A DNA stretch of 64,000 bases from the NCBI GenBank assembly GCA_963807605.1, contig CAWECG010000001.1, forward strand, positions 160,001 through 224,000, written 5' to 3'. This stretch comes from Candidatus Bathyarchaeota archaeon (GTDB lineage: Archaea > Thermoproteota > Bathyarchaeia > 40CM-2-53-6 > RBG-13-38-9). Below are positions 10,579-21,519 of this stretch, in pieces. Within the stretch, counting starts at the first letter, position 1; each line of letters opens with the position of its first letter. The position numbers were made by a program, and so were the translations under genes. The notes beneath the pieces were generated by a model. That model had not been told where the DNA came from. It saw only the letters and a program-made list of their open reading frames with translations, and ran no database searches.

Positions 10579-11108
10579 ATGGATATGTCAGAATTGATGA
10601 ATCTGCTGCAGGCGACCATTGGCTCGGTAGTGATGATTTCAAGCTCAACCTTGTTGTGTCTAGTAATACAAACACGATATGGAAGAGTTGTCGACAAGAT
10701 TCGACAGCTCATATACGAACGACGTCGTCTTCAACAATCAGATAGCCACAAGCAATCGCTTTCAGGCGCGAATAGGGATCTGGCTCAAGAAAGACTCAAC
10801 AATATTGATACTCAGATAGGTCTTCTGCTCAATAGAGGTTCCAAACTTAAGCGAGCTCTTTTCTTCACTTTCTCCGCGTCTTCGCCTTCATATTCAGTTC
10901 CTTCCTAATATTTGTAGGTTCAATGCTGGGACCGGCTATGACAATTCCTTTTGTCGCATTGACATTCTTCTTTGGCATGTTATTCCTTCTGCTCGGCGCT
11001 GTCACCACCGTTAATGAAATCGCAAACTCCTACGATGTTGTCACCAAAGAAGTGAAGTTTGCAAAGTTCGAGGCATTGAGAATTTCTAATCAGACATCAG
11101 AACCATGA
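10579..11108 (+). CDS. DUF2721-like membrane protein; apparent 1-nt deletion near 10875 splits it into two ORFs
   Basis: VMIS...TRYGRVVDKIRQL N-terminus; the shifted frame continues FAFIFSSFLIFVGSML into the 10923 ORF. Confidence 0.65.
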
Positions 11109-11252
11109 AGGCATCGTCGAAAGCTTCGAACCCCTTGGCTAACCTAATCTCTGTCACCCAAGTATCCGGCAAGGTGGGAGCGCCATCGGGAACAAACGGT
11201 TGATTGACAATCTGTAGCGGTTTTGCAGACAATCTTGAGAGACAATGAGCGG

Positions 11253-11921
11253 CTATTTCGTTGCTGTCTTCTCTTTGTGTCTCCTTTCAAGTTCCTTGAA
11301 TATTTCGCCTAGTGCTACTTTTCTTGATGCAAGAAGAATCATCAGGTGAAAGATCAAGTCCGTTACTTCCGATACAAGTGCATTCGGCTTGTCTTTCGGC
11401 GCTAGAATGACCTCTGTGGACTCTTCGCTGATCTTCCTCAGGATCGCGCTTTCACCCTCATCCACCAAGCTCTTGACATAAGATCTCTCGTCGCCGCTCC
11501 TTATCCGTTCACCTACTATCTCATATATTCTGTTCAATGTTGATGCGTTCGGACGAGGCTCCTCCTCTTTGATGACTGGCTTGTGAAAGCAGCTTTCCAT
11601 GTTTGTGTGACAACATGGACCTACCTGTTGAACTTTGAACAAGACGGCATCGTTGTCGCAGTCCAGACTAAGATTCTGCACTATAGAAAAGTGTCCGGAC
11701 TCTTCGCCTTTCATCCAAAGCCTCTTTCTAGTGCGGCTCCAGAAGTGGGTCTTCCCTGAGACCAGGGTAAGTATGAAGGCCTCCCTATTCATATATGCCT
11801 GCATGAGAACCCTATTGTTAGAGGCGTCCTGGACTATCGCCGGGATCAGTCCATTACCTTTTTCAAAGTCAATCCTCTGAGCCATCTCCTCCGCCTCTTT
11901 TCTGCTCATCTGCAGAACCAT
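11253..11921 (-). CDS. hisIE: Bifunctional PR-AMP cyclohydrolase/PR-ATP pyrophosphatase
   Basis: FWSRTR, KGEESG, DCDND, CHT; SYVKSL, DLIFH. Confidence 0.95.
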   Translation of the reverse strand: MVLQMSRKEAEEMAQRIDFEKGNGLIPAIVQDASNNRVLMQAYMNREAFILTLVSGKTHFWSRTRKRLWMKGEESGHFSIVQNLSLDCDNDAVLFKVQQVGPCCHTNMESCFHKPVIKEEEPRPNASTLNRIYEIVGERIRSGDERSYVKSLVDEGESAILRKISEESTEVILAPKDKPNALVSEVTDLIFHLMILLASRKVALGEIFKELERRHKEKTATK

Positions 11922-11936
11922 TCGCCCCAGATCCTC

Positions 11937-12743
11937 CTATGATGTCGGTCTGACAGGAACTCCGTGACTCGAAAGGTACTCTTTGACCTTCATAACAGGA
12001 TAAGTGGCTCGGTGGAATATTGATGCGGCCAGCGCAGCATCGGCTGCCCCTTCGACCAACGCCTCTCGAATATGCTCGGGATCACCAGCCCCTCCGCTAG
12101 CGATAATCGGTATGTGCGTACTCTCGGAGATGGTTCTTGTAAGAGGTATGTCATAGCCTCGCTGTGTCCCATCGCAGTCCATACTTGTAAGGAGGATTTC
12201 ACCAGCACCCAACTCCTCGACACGGGTTGCCCATTCCACTGCGTCGATCCCGGTTGGTATCCTTCCACCTTCAACATGGACTTGCCACCAACACGCTCCC
12301 TGTGGTGTATCCACGACCATCTTGTTGTCACGTTTCTCGTAGGACCTCTTTGCGTCAATGGCAACTACGATGCATTGAGTGCCGAAAGCCTCAGCTGCTC
12401 TCTTGACAAGGGTCGGGTCCTTCACAGCACCTGTATTTATTGAGATCTTATCTGCACCTGAACCTAGTATCTCGCGGATGCCTTCTATCGACAGTATTCC
12501 GCCACCGACAGTAAACGGTATGAAGAGAGTCTCAGCGGTTCTCTTGACGACATCGAGGAAAATCTTTCTTCTCTCAAAAGATGCTGTGATGTCGAGGAAG
12601 ACTACTTCGTCAGCACCTTCCGCGCCGTAGGCTTCAGCGAGCTTAGCGGGATCGCCTTCCTCCTTTATATTAACAAACTTGACCCCTTTGACTACCTTTC
12701 CATCTTTGACATCGAGGCATGGGATTATTCTCTTAACCAGCAT
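11937..12743 (-). CDS. hisF: IGP synthase cyclase subunit
   Basis: [23 protein letters not shown]. Confidence 0.97.
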   Translation of the reverse strand: MLVKRIIPCLDVKDGKVVKGVKFVNIKEEGDPAKLAEAYGAEGADEVVFLDITASFERRKIFLDVVKRTAETLFIPFTVGGGILSIEGIREILGSGADKISINTGAVKDPTLVKRAAEAFGTQCIVVAIDAKRSYEKRDNKMVVDTPQGACWWQVHVEGGRIPTGIDAVEWATRVEELGAGEILLTSMDCDGTQRGYDIPLTRTISESTHIPIIASGGAGDPEHIREALVEGAADAALAASIFHRATYPVMKVKEYLSSHGVPVRPTS

Positions 12744-13455
12744 TCATTGCAGCCTCCAGGGCCTCTTTCAAAGTGAACTTGTTCTCGTATAGTGCCGTAC
12801 CCAAGATTACGCCTTGAACACCTATCTTTGCTAGAGCGCGTATATCCTCCGGGCTACTTATTCCTCCTGAGGCTATCACAGGAATCTTCAGTTGGCGGAC
12901 AAGCCTCTTTGTGTCGTTGAGCGCCGGGCCGCCTAATGTCCCATCCGCATTGACTGAGGTGAAGATTACGGATCCGACACCTATCGCTTCCAGTTTCTGT
13001 GCGACTTCAATATACTCAAGAGAAGTCTTGCTCCTCCATCCCTCTATTGCTGGGCTGCCATTCTTGACATCTATGGCTGCGGCAACTCTGTCCTTGCCGA
13101 AGATGGAGGCGGCTTCTGAAACAAGTTCAGGCTTTCTGATGGATGCCGTTCCAAATATGATTCTTGTAACGCCGAGGTCTAGGACCTGCCTTGCCTTCTC
13201 AATCGTTCTTATTCCGCCTCCAACCTCGGTCTTGATCTGTACCGACTTCACGATTCTGCTTATGGTCTTGGTGTTCTCTCCGAGACCTAAGGCAGCGTCT
13301 AAGTCAACTATGTGAAGCATCTCAGCACCCTGTGCTTGAAAGAATCTGGAAGCCTCTGATGGATCCTCATAGTATTGTTTGGTTCTCGAAGGATCTCCCT
13401 GGAAAAGTCGGACGCATCTTCCGCGCATAAGATCGATAGCTGGAATTACTATCAC
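12733..13455 (-). CDS. hisA: ProFAR isomerase
   Basis: IPAIDL, LHIVDLD, VGGGIR. Confidence 0.96.
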   Translation of the reverse strand: MIVIPAIDLMRGRCVRLFQGDPSRTKQYYEDPSEASRFFQAQGAEMLHIVDLDAALGLGENTKTISRIVKSVQIKTEVGGGIRTIEKARQVLDLGVTRIIFGTASIRKPELVSEAASIFGKDRVAAAIDVKNGSPAIEGWRSKTSLEYIEVAQKLEAIGVGSVIFTSVNADGTLGGPALNDTKRLVRQLKIPVIASGGISSPEDIRALAKIGVQGVILGTALYENKFTLKEALEAAMNAG

Positions 13456-13463
13456 AGGTTATA

Positions 13464-14072
13464 CTACTTCCTTATCACCCCGACGAAGTTTCTAAGTACT
13501 GTCAAACCAGCCTGTGAGCTCTTCTCGGGGTGAAATTGGGTGGCAAACACGTTTCCCCTCTCAAGAATTGAAGGAAACTCCGTTCCGTATTCTGTCTTTG
13601 CAACTACGTCGCCCTCATCCTCCGGCTTCGCAACGTAGGAGTGAACAAAATAAGCATATGAGTTATCTGGAACTCCCTCAAGAATCGGGCTTTTTCTAAT
13701 TATCTCGATATTATTCCATCCAATTTGGGGAAGCTTAACGTTCGTCGGCAGCTTGACTACCTCTCCTTTTAGAAGATTTAGGCCAGGAGTTACTCTGCCC
13801 TCATAGCTCTTTGTGAACAAGAGCTGGAGACCGAGGCATATCCCCAACAGTGGCTTTCCATTCTTGACTTCCTGAATCAATACGTCTTCAAGTTTTGAGA
13901 GGTTCTTCTTTGCTTCTGCGAAAGCGCCGACTCCAGGCAGAACTATGGCATCAGCACTTCTTACCTTTGCAGGATCGCTTAGGATCTCAACCTCAGCTCC
14001 CGCTTTCTCGAGGCCTTTCTTGACGCTATACAGATTTCCAACGCCGTAGTTGACGATGATTACTAAAGTCAC
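13464..14072 (-). CDS. hisH: IGP synthase glutaminase subunit
   Basis: LPGVGAF, GICLGLQ, QFHPEKS. Confidence 0.96.
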   Translation of the reverse strand: MTLVIIVNYGVGNLYSVKKGLEKAGAEVEILSDPAKVRSADAIVLPGVGAFAEAKKNLSKLEDVLIQEVKNGKPLLGICLGLQLLFTKSYEGRVTPGLNLLKGEVVKLPTNVKLPQIGWNNIEIIRKSPILEGVPDNSYAYFVHSYVAKPEDEGDVVAKTEYGTEFPSILERGNVFATQFHPEKSSQAGLTVLRNFVGVIRK

Positions 14073-14073
14073 T

Positions 14074-14652
14074 CTATAGTTCGCCTTTCGTGCTAGGAAT
14101 AGTCTTGCGGGCTCTTAGTTCTAATGAGCATGCTTCCCTTAGCGCTAAAGCTAGAGCCTTTGTTGAAGCTTCTACCTTGTGATGATCGTTGGTTCCGTAT
14201 AAAGCTGTCACATGGATGTTCGACTTAGATGATTGTGCCAGAGAAACGAAGAAATGATCTATGTCCTCAGTCTTCAAGTCCTCAATTTCATTCGACTGAA
14301 TTTTCAGATCGATACTTGGATAGGCTCTTCCTCCGAGATCGATCACTGCTCTAGCCAGCGAATCGTCCATTGGTACATGTGCTGAACCGAATCTTCTTAT
14401 GCCCCTCTTGTCTCCTAGAGCTTTGTTTACGGCTTCTCCGAGTGCAAGTCCAATATCTTCTGACAGGTGGTGTTTGAGGTCTCCGGAGGCCTTTACCTCC
14501 AAGTCTATGAGCGAGTGTCTGCCGAGAGTAGTCAGTAGATGATTAAGGAATCTGTTTCCCGTCTCCACCTTGACGTTTCCTTTACCGTCCAGGTTAAGTC
14601 TCACTGAGATCTTAACCTCGGCTGTCTCTCTCTTGACTGCTACTTTTCTCAA
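14074..14652 (-). CDS. hisB: Imidazoleglycerol-phosphate dehydratase (monofunctional)
   Basis: HHLSED, PMDD, NDHHKVE. Confidence 0.96.
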   Translation of the reverse strand: MRKVAVKRETAEVKISVRLNLDGKGNVKVETGNRFLNHLLTTLGRHSLIDLEVKASGDLKHHLSEDIGLALGEAVNKALGDKRGIRRFGSAHVPMDDSLARAVIDLGGRAYPSIDLKIQSNEIEDLKTEDIDHFFVSLAQSSKSNIHVTALYGTNDHHKVEASTKALALALREACSLELRARKTIPSTKGEL

Positions 14653-15861
14653 TTTCCATGCCTTCCCATTCTGTCAAAGACTGCTGGTATCGAGTTCGCA
14701 TCTCTTATTATTACTTCGACCCCAAGTTCCTTGAACCTGTTTTGCAGAGTATTCATAGTTGGTGAAGAAGATAGCGTGCCTATGAAGAGTATATTCTTTG
14801 CCTCGAATCTCCTGAGCATTTCTGGTCATCAAGGCATCTGCGAACGTATCTCCCACGTAAGCTACAGTCCGACAATCCTTGCAGAATCCTTCTAGAAGAG
14901 CTACGAAGGCTCTTGCGTCTGGCTTCCCGAGAATTGAATTGGATTCCAAGTTTCTCGATGCTCTCATGATGTCCTCGTTGAAGAAAATAGCTCTCTCGTC
15001 GAAATAGCCAAGAAGGTTGTGTTTCTGCAGGATATAGATGCCTTCATTCCTGGGTCTTTCTGAGTACAGCGCCATAAGGCCAAATCTCGACCTCACCTTC
15101 TCCAATGTCTCAAAGGAGGGTATTCTCGTTTCGTTGTCTATCAGACCCTCACCGAAGTCAAAGAAAGGCTTCTTGCCAGAGAATTTTTGGTATAATGTCC
15201 GCCCCAAATATGTCTCATCGAACAACCTCCTGAGCAAATCCTCTCCATCGACACTGAATGGACAGAGGCTCTTCACATTCTCAAGCATGGGCTCACTCAA
15301 GGCCAAGTTTTGGCTGATCCCTTTCAAAATTGGGAGGGACATCTTCTCACTGAATGTCTCCGATAGACTGTTGAGGCCTAGTAGTGAATCGGACTTCATC
15401 CTCTCTAGGTATGGGATATCTATCCCCATTTGTCCTGATTTCCCTCCTAAATCCCTCAGTCTGCTCACAATATTTCTTAGGTCTGAAGGAGAACGCACTT
15501 GATCCTCGTCAGCAGATGCAGGCTTAACCCAACCTTCGAGCAGGCGTACTATCAATCCCAAATAGTAAGTGATCAGCGCGTAAGTTAGATTCCAATCGTT
15601 ATTGAAGGCACCAGTATTCTTCATCTTCTGAATGTCCTCTTGTGTTGCCAAGCGACCTTCTTGTCCCTTAAGTCCGACGAGTTCAAGAAAGAAGTAATCG
15701 ACTGAACGGGCTATCGCTTGCCTGTATGAGTCTCTGTCTGAAACTATTACTCCGTCACAGTCAAAGATCAGCTTCTCAACTTCTAGGAGTAACGGGATTG
15801 CGTCGTCCCTGCATAGAGTCAGCTCATCACCGAGAGTATGGTATGACTGTCGGAGCTTCAA
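14649..15861 (-). CDS. HAD-family hydrolase, candidate histidinol-phosphate phosphatase; apparent +1 error near 14798
   Basis: FDCDGV, GKPD and VGDTFAD motifs; the corrected frame ends at TGA overlapping the hisB start. Confidence 0.75.
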
Positions 15862-16940
15862 ATTAGGATGCGCCTTAATTCCCGCAGGAACCTCTCATTC
15901 AGAGGCCGCGTCCCAACGGTAACCCTCAGACAGTTGCGAAGCAGAGGGATGCTCCCTCTGTCTTTTATCAGGACTCCTTTCTGCCTTAACTCAGACTGGA
16001 TCTGTGATGACGTTTTTGCGCCCTCGACTCGAAATAGGATGAAGTTTGCGTCTGATGGGAATGGGGTTACCCCTCTAAGCTGTTGAAGTTGATCTCTCAG
16101 CCACTCTCTTTCTTTCTTGACAGCCTCCCAACTTTTCTTGAAGTAATCGCATCTTCGAAGTGCTTCCACTGCTAATTGCTGTGCTACAGCGCTTACGTTG
16201 AACGGGTGGACGGTCTTCTTGATTCCGTCCACTAATTCCTGATCGGTTATGAGGTATCCGATCCTTACTCCAGCTAAACCATAGGCCTTAGAGAAGGTTC
16301 TGAGAACAACAAGGTTGTCATATTGATCTGCCCACTTTAGAACAGAGTATCCTGAAAACTCTGCATAAGTCTCATCGATGACTATAGTTGTCTGGCATTT
16401 GCTAAGCAGTTCTTCTAAATCTCTCTCCTCAAACTGGTTTCCCGTCGGGCTGTTAGGAGAACAGATGAAAAGAAGTCTAGCCTCACTAGAGGCTTTTATC
16501 AACGCATCCATGTCTAGGCTGAAATCTGGTTTGAGCCTGACCTCGACTTTCTGACCTCGACATAGCTGTGTATAATACGTGTACATGAAGAATGTCGGCT
16601 CAGCTACAACAACCACCGATCCATTGTCTATTATAGTCCTAGTTAACCTGTCGAGAACATCATCTAGACCGTTCCCTACAAAGATACGTGATGCCTCTAT
16701 ATTGTAAAATTTCCCAATAGCCTCGACTGCAAGCCTCGCATGAGGCTCGGGATATTCTCTCGGGTCTATTCTCCTGAGTGCTGCACCGAACATCTTCGTC
16801 AATACTCCCTTCTCAATCAATGGGTTCTCGTTTAGGCTCATTCTGACAAGGTCCGGAAGGGCTTCAGTTGGGAAGTCCTCATCAAGTCTGTAAGGAGATA
16901 TCTCCAAGAGGTCCTCTCGGATTACTTCTCTGAATCGCAT
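15858..16940 (-). CDS. hisC: Histidinol-phosphate aminotransferase
   Basis: LNENP, SPNSPTG, RTFSKAYGLAGVRIGY. Confidence 0.95.
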   Translation of the reverse strand: MRFREVIREDLLEISPYRLDEDFPTEALPDLVRMSLNENPLIEKGVLTKMFGAALRRIDPREYPEPHARLAVEAIGKFYNIEASRIFVGNGLDDVLDRLTRTIIDNGSVVVVAEPTFFMYTYYTQLCRGQKVEVRLKPDFSLDMDALIKASSEARLLFICSPNSPTGNQFEERDLEELLSKCQTTIVIDETYAEFSGYSVLKWADQYDNLVVLRTFSKAYGLAGVRIGYLITDQELVDGIKKTVHPFNVSAVAQQLAVEALRRCDYFKKSWEAVKKEREWLRDQLQQLRGVTPFPSDANFILFRVEGAKTSSQIQSELRQKGVLIKDRGSIPLLRNCLRVTVGTRPLNERFLRELRRILI

Positions 16941-16942
16941 TT

Positions 16943-18250
16943 TCAGACACCTCTAGCCTTTATAGATTCGGAGTGGGCCCGCAGGTTCTCGATCTCGGCC
17001 AGCGTCACTGTAGTCTTAGCTAGTCTCTTCAATCCCTCTTTCGAGCAACGAACATAGCTAATAGTCTTGACAAAATCTTTGACTGAAAGCCCGGAGTAGT
17101 TCTTGGCGGATCCGCCTGTTGGCAGGACGTGGTTTGTTCCTGCAGAGTAGTCGCCAACAGCGACTGGTGAGTATTGCCCCAAGAATATGAGGCCTGCATT
17201 TCTTATTTGTGGAAATAGTCTGGATGCATCTCGAGTCATGATGACTACATGTTCAGGTGCGATCAGATTTGTGAGTGTTGTGGCCTCTTCGAGATCGTCA
17301 ACAATTATTATGATCCCCTTTTTGTCCAATGCGATTCTCGCGGTTTCGGATCCGAGGCCAATCTTAAGATTCTCACCTACTCTTTCTCTAACTTCGTTTG
17401 CGATTCTTTCGGAGCTGGTTAGCAGGATGCAAGTCGCGTTTTCATCGTGTTCGGCCTGCGCCAACAGGTCTGATGTAATGAATCGTGTGTTTGCGCTATC
17501 GTCTGCTATGATTAGTATCTCGCTTGGACCAGCGGGGAGATCCACCGAGACGCGTTCGCTCAAGAGTTGCTTGGCGGCTGTCACGTAAATGTTTCCTGGG
17601 CCGACTATTTTTTCTACTGGACTTATCGTCTTGGTGCCGTAGGCCATCGCTGCAATAGCTTGTGCTCCACCGACGCAGAATATTTCGTCTACCCCTGCGA
17701 TATCTGATGCCACAAGGATATACGGGTTAAACTTTCTTTTCGGGGATGGTGGGCTACACACAACAATCCTTTCAACTCCAGCTATCTTGGCAGGAATAGC
17801 ACACATCAAGACTGACGAGGGATAGGAGGTCTTTCCCCCTGGGGCATAGATGCCAACTGATGATACTGGTCTTGTAGAAACCCCGAGTGTGACGCCTCCG
17901 CTAGACTGTTCAAATGCTATGCGGCTGAACTGCATTTTGTGAAATCGCTTAATGTTAGAAGCCGCCTTTCTCAGTGCTCTGACTTCGACTTCTCGAGTTA
18001 GACTGTATGCTGCATCGACGTCTTCTCGTGTAGCTCTTATCGTGCAAGAATCTAACCTTACCCCATCGAACTTTTGAGTGAACTCAAATAGAGCCTCATC
18101 ACCGCGTGTTGATATCGATTCGATTATGCCTTTGACATCTTCAGCCACACTTTCGAGTTCCAGTCGGCCTCTGTTGAGAATCTCATCGAGCAACTGGCCT
18201 TTCAATTCCCTAGATCTTATTAAACGCATAATAATGAGCCTTCTAACCAA
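16943..18250 (-). CDS. hisD: Histidinol dehydrogenase
   Basis: GPGNIYV, AGPSE, LAQAEH, APEH, GTNHVLPT. Confidence 0.96.
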   Translation of the reverse strand: MVRRLIIMRLIRSRELKGQLLDEILNRGRLELESVAEDVKGIIESISTRGDEALFEFTQKFDGVRLDSCTIRATREDVDAAYSLTREVEVRALRKAASNIKRFHKMQFSRIAFEQSSGGVTLGVSTRPVSSVGIYAPGGKTSYPSSVLMCAIPAKIAGVERIVVCSPPSPKRKFNPYILVASDIAGVDEIFCVGGAQAIAAMAYGTKTISPVEKIVGPGNIYVTAAKQLLSERVSVDLPAGPSEILIIADDSANTRFITSDLLAQAEHDENATCILLTSSERIANEVRERVGENLKIGLGSETARIALDKKGIIIIVDDLEEATTLTNLIAPEHVVIMTRDASRLFPQIRNAGLIFLGQYSPVAVGDYSAGTNHVLPTGGSAKNYSGLSVKDFVKTISYVRCSKEGLKRLAKTTVTLAEIENLRAHSESIKARGV

Positions 18251-18384
18251 CGAAGGGAAGTTCCAAGGTTGACCTAATAAGCTGGTTTTTGAGACTTAAA
18301 GTTCATTGGGAGCATCTATGTCGGTCGAACTTCACGACTTCGTAGTCGCCCCGAATACAAATCTGGCACACGGGTCGGTTGAGA

Positions 18385-19213
18385 ATGGCTGGTAAGATCA
18401 CGATAGCATATCTGGGCCCTAAAGGGACCTTTACTGAACAAGCTGCAAGAACATTCTTTCCAGGTCCTCATGAGTTCATGGATTGCAGAGATATTCCGGA
18501 GATCTTCAGTGCGGTGACATCTAACGTCGCCGAATATGGAGTTGCGCCTGTTGAGAACTCTATCGAAGGTTCTGTCAGGATAGCTTTAGACCTCCTCCTA
18601 GAATCTGACATCAAAGTCACTGGTGAAATTGAGCAACGGATAGTCCACCATCTTATAGCTGATGAAAGTGTTGAGATCTCAACAATACGGGCAGTGGTCT
18701 CACATCCGCAGGTATTCCCCCAATGTAGGAACTTCTTGAGGGAAAGACTCCCAAAAGCCGAGTTAGTAGAAGTCGGGAGTACAGCAGCAGCGGTCAAGTC
18801 GGTTAGAGGAACCAAAGACGTGGCCGCTATTGGCAGTGAACTGGCTGCCAAGATATATGGCATGAAGATACTCGTGAGAGGCATAGAAGATAATCCTAAC
18901 AACTCCACCAGGTTTTTTGTTCTCGGATATAGAGTGGCGAATAGAACTGGAAACGATAAGACTTCGATAATCTTCTCGACAAAGCATGCTCCAGGAGCGC
19001 TCTATGAAGCCCTTGGGGTCTTTGCCAAGAGAAAAATCAACCTTACGAAGATCGAGTCTAGGCCAACACGGAAAACGCCTTGGGAATATGTGTTCTACTG
19101 CGATTTTGAAGGACACCAGGAGGAGAGACTAATCCAAGATACTCTAAACGAACTCAAAGACAAGACGATTCTCCTTAAGATCTTCAGGATCATACCCCAA
19201 AGCGAGGAATTAG
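18385..19213 (+). CDS. pheA: Prephenate dehydratase; apparent +1 error near 19183
   Basis: YLGPKGTFT, PVENSIEG, TRF, NLTKIESRP; the corrected end reads LGSYPKARN*. Confidence 0.93.
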
Positions 19214-19266
19214 CTCAGTATTTTTTTCACTGAGTAAACTCCAAATGATCTACAAGTCTTTGCGGC

Positions 19267-19707
19267 TTATCCTTTTTTTCTATGAGTGACTTTTTCGATT
19301 GCGTTTTGCAGTTTTCGCGGCTCGGCAGAATACAGTCTTATGAACTCGCCTCTTCTTGGACGGAAGACCGAGACATAACCTCGTTTCTCGTTTACTTTAG
19401 CAAGGTAGTTGGACTTCAAGGGAATGAGCCTTTTCCCTTCTGAGTCAATTCCTGTTGACAGGACTCTGTAACGACTGGGTATTATCAAGATGGGAGAAGG
19501 GAGAAGTAGGACGGAGAGGATCAGAAATACGATCATTGATATCAGAAGGTTCCCGACATGGAAGACTACTACTTGAACAAAGACGACCACATAAAGAGTC
19601 AAGATATCCAGCAGGAAAATGAGGATTGCCCTTAGGATTCTTCTATTACGGTCGGCTAATTTTAGGTCCGTTGAATCAGTCTGGTACAGGACATCCTTAT
19701 CCGTCAT
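19267..19707 (-). CDS. Hypothetical membrane protein (2 TM plus soluble domain)
   Basis: ATG-started ORF with hydrophobic N-terminal half. Confidence 0.6.
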   Translation of the reverse strand: MTDKDVLYQTDSTDLKLADRNRRILRAILIFLLDILTLYVVVFVQVVVFHVGNLLISMIVFLILSVLLLPSPILIIPSRYRVLSTGIDSEGKRLIPLKSNYLAKVNEKRGYVSVFRPRRGEFIRLYSAEPRKLQNAIEKVTHRKKG

Positions 19708-19998
19708 TAGGTTAACCTGCTATTGAATGGTTCATAGCTGTGTCTTTTGCGGACAGAAAAACTTTCTTGACAATCACTCCTATCGCAATCCAAGACCTGT
19801 AGTAATAGGAAACGATTTGATTTAATAGTCGAAACATGATGGCTTATTCGTCTACTCTAAATGAACATGGGAACCTAATATCGGAACTTTGAGAGTCATC
19901 TGCTATTTGTTTTCATTGTCCCCCCGAGGCAAGCTTAAATAGAGTGGTAGATTCTAAAAGCAAGAAATCTGCAACATTTCTTGGATTGGGTGCTAGGT

Positions 19999-20448
19999 TT
20001 GGCCAGAATGTACACAAGCAAGCGAGGAAGATCCAGCTCCACTAGACCAATCAGCAAGAAACCTCCAAGTTGGTGCAAATACCGGGAAGAAGAGGTAGAA
20101 GCGATAATAATGAAACTTTCAAAGCAGGGAAACAATCCAAGTACAATAGGCACTATTCTCAGAGATACCTACGGCATACCGCTTGCTAGATCGATAACCG
20201 GAAGGAAGATGGGACTGATTCTGTCACAGTCACAACTTTCTTCCACCATTCCTGAAGACCTTCAGATCCTTCTCGAGAAGGCTAAGGCGCTCGCCAAGCA
20301 TCTTGAAAGGAATAGGCAGGACTCCGTCAACAAGCACGGCCTCACCCATGTTGAATCAAAAATACATAGACTCGTAAAATTCTACAAGTCTGAGGGAATC
20401 TTGCCAAAAGACTGGAAATACACCCACGTCGCAGCATCCGTCGAATAG
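19999..20448 (+). CDS. rps15: 30S ribosomal protein uS15
   Basis: MARMY..KRGRSSSTRP, LRDTYGIP, ESKIHRLVKFYK. Confidence 0.97.
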   Translation: MARMYTSKRGRSSSTRPISKKPPSWCKYREEEVEAIIMKLSKQGNNPSTIGTILRDTYGIPLARSITGRKMGLILSQSQLSSTIPEDLQILLEKAKALAKHLERNRQDSVNKHGLTHVESKIHRLVKFYKSEGILPKDWKYTHVAASVE

Positions 20449-20717
20449 AAGGTCTTCTTAACGCATGCTCTCCAGAGCCTACTATAGGTAGCAATTTTAA
20501 CCTCGCCACTGTAGCCGTATTCATGGTTATTCTTTCTAAAACAGCATGTACTAGCTGCCGTTATGAGGATGCCTTATGTTCTGCTCGCAAACGGAACTAT
20601 ACGGATGGTCATTGTTTCCATCGTGAAAAGATGGAAGATCAGGCAAATGCCTGGCTTTCGGGGACTAGTGAGGCTAAGACATGGGGAAAGGTGAAGGAGA
20701 GCGTACGTTTATGATCA

Positions 20718-21218
20718 TTACTTCCCCGTTTGACTTATTCCCAGTTTCTTAGCTAATTCAGCAGTTTCGTCGTCGCTCATCCAGAACACCTTGAGGTAGT
20801 TGTAGATCTCCAAGTCACTCATCCCGATTTGTCTGGCCTCTTGAACCGTGCACTTGTAAGCCTCGATCTCCGTGGGTCTGTCCACATATTCGAAGCTGTC
20901 GTTGAAAAGCTCATTACCCTTCAAAAACTGCTTCACGTGGACCAACTCATGAATCAAATCCAAGTAGATCTCCTCTACATTACCATGCTTCAGGTAGTAC
21001 GTACTGACGATCAAGTGACCGTCCTCATCGCTTACCCCCATATACCCGTATCTTGACGAAAAGAACTCGACCTTCAGGTTGCGAAGCACCTCTTCAGTCT
21101 TATCGCCGAAAATGCGTCTAACCGCCTCAGCCTTCTCAAAGCCCTTAAAGTGATCAGAGAATCTGTACAGCGCCACCTTGACAGTTCGAGGAATCTCGAC
21201 ATCAGGCATATTCTTCAT
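20718..21218 (-). CDS. Hypothetical zincin-like protein
   Basis: HELVH (HExxH) plus downstream EIEAY. Confidence 0.7.
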   Translation of the reverse strand: MKNMPDVEIPRTVKVALYRFSDHFKGFEKAEAVRRIFGDKTEEVLRNLKVEFFSSRYGYMGVSDEDGHLIVSTYYLKHGNVEEIYLDLIHELVHVKQFLKGNELFNDSFEYVDRPTEIEAYKCTVQEARQIGMSDLEIYNYLKVFWMSDDETAELAKKLGISQTGK

Positions 21219-21519
21219 GAATTGTCTTCCTCAACCTTGATGAACACAAATCTCAGGTTCTGTAGGTTCCTTCTTCAGAAGAAACTAATGAGACTATGGA
21301 TTGCTCCATGAGGTTCCTTCCCCAGCTTGGAAGGGGATCCTGCGCTGTGGATCTCTGGAGTCTTAAACACACAAGTTACAATACATATCTTTTAAAATGG
21401 GTCGACTGATAGTTCGCCAGCCACTTTACAACAGCCAGATCGCCAAACATGTGACGTTTGACCGACCAGGATCCCGCAAAATACAGATATAGCGTAGATG
21501 AGGAGTTCGTTGAACAGGA

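Noticed and set aside
12290-12350. Insertion in HisF ([15 protein letters not shown])
   Set aside because: A similar loop occurs in other archaeal HisF proteins; it is in frame
18318-18395. uORF MSVELHDFVVAPNTNLAHGSVENGW overlapping the pheA start as a Phe leader; also looked for a His leader before hisD
   Set aside because: Only one Phe codon and no alternative stems; no His-rich uORF seen
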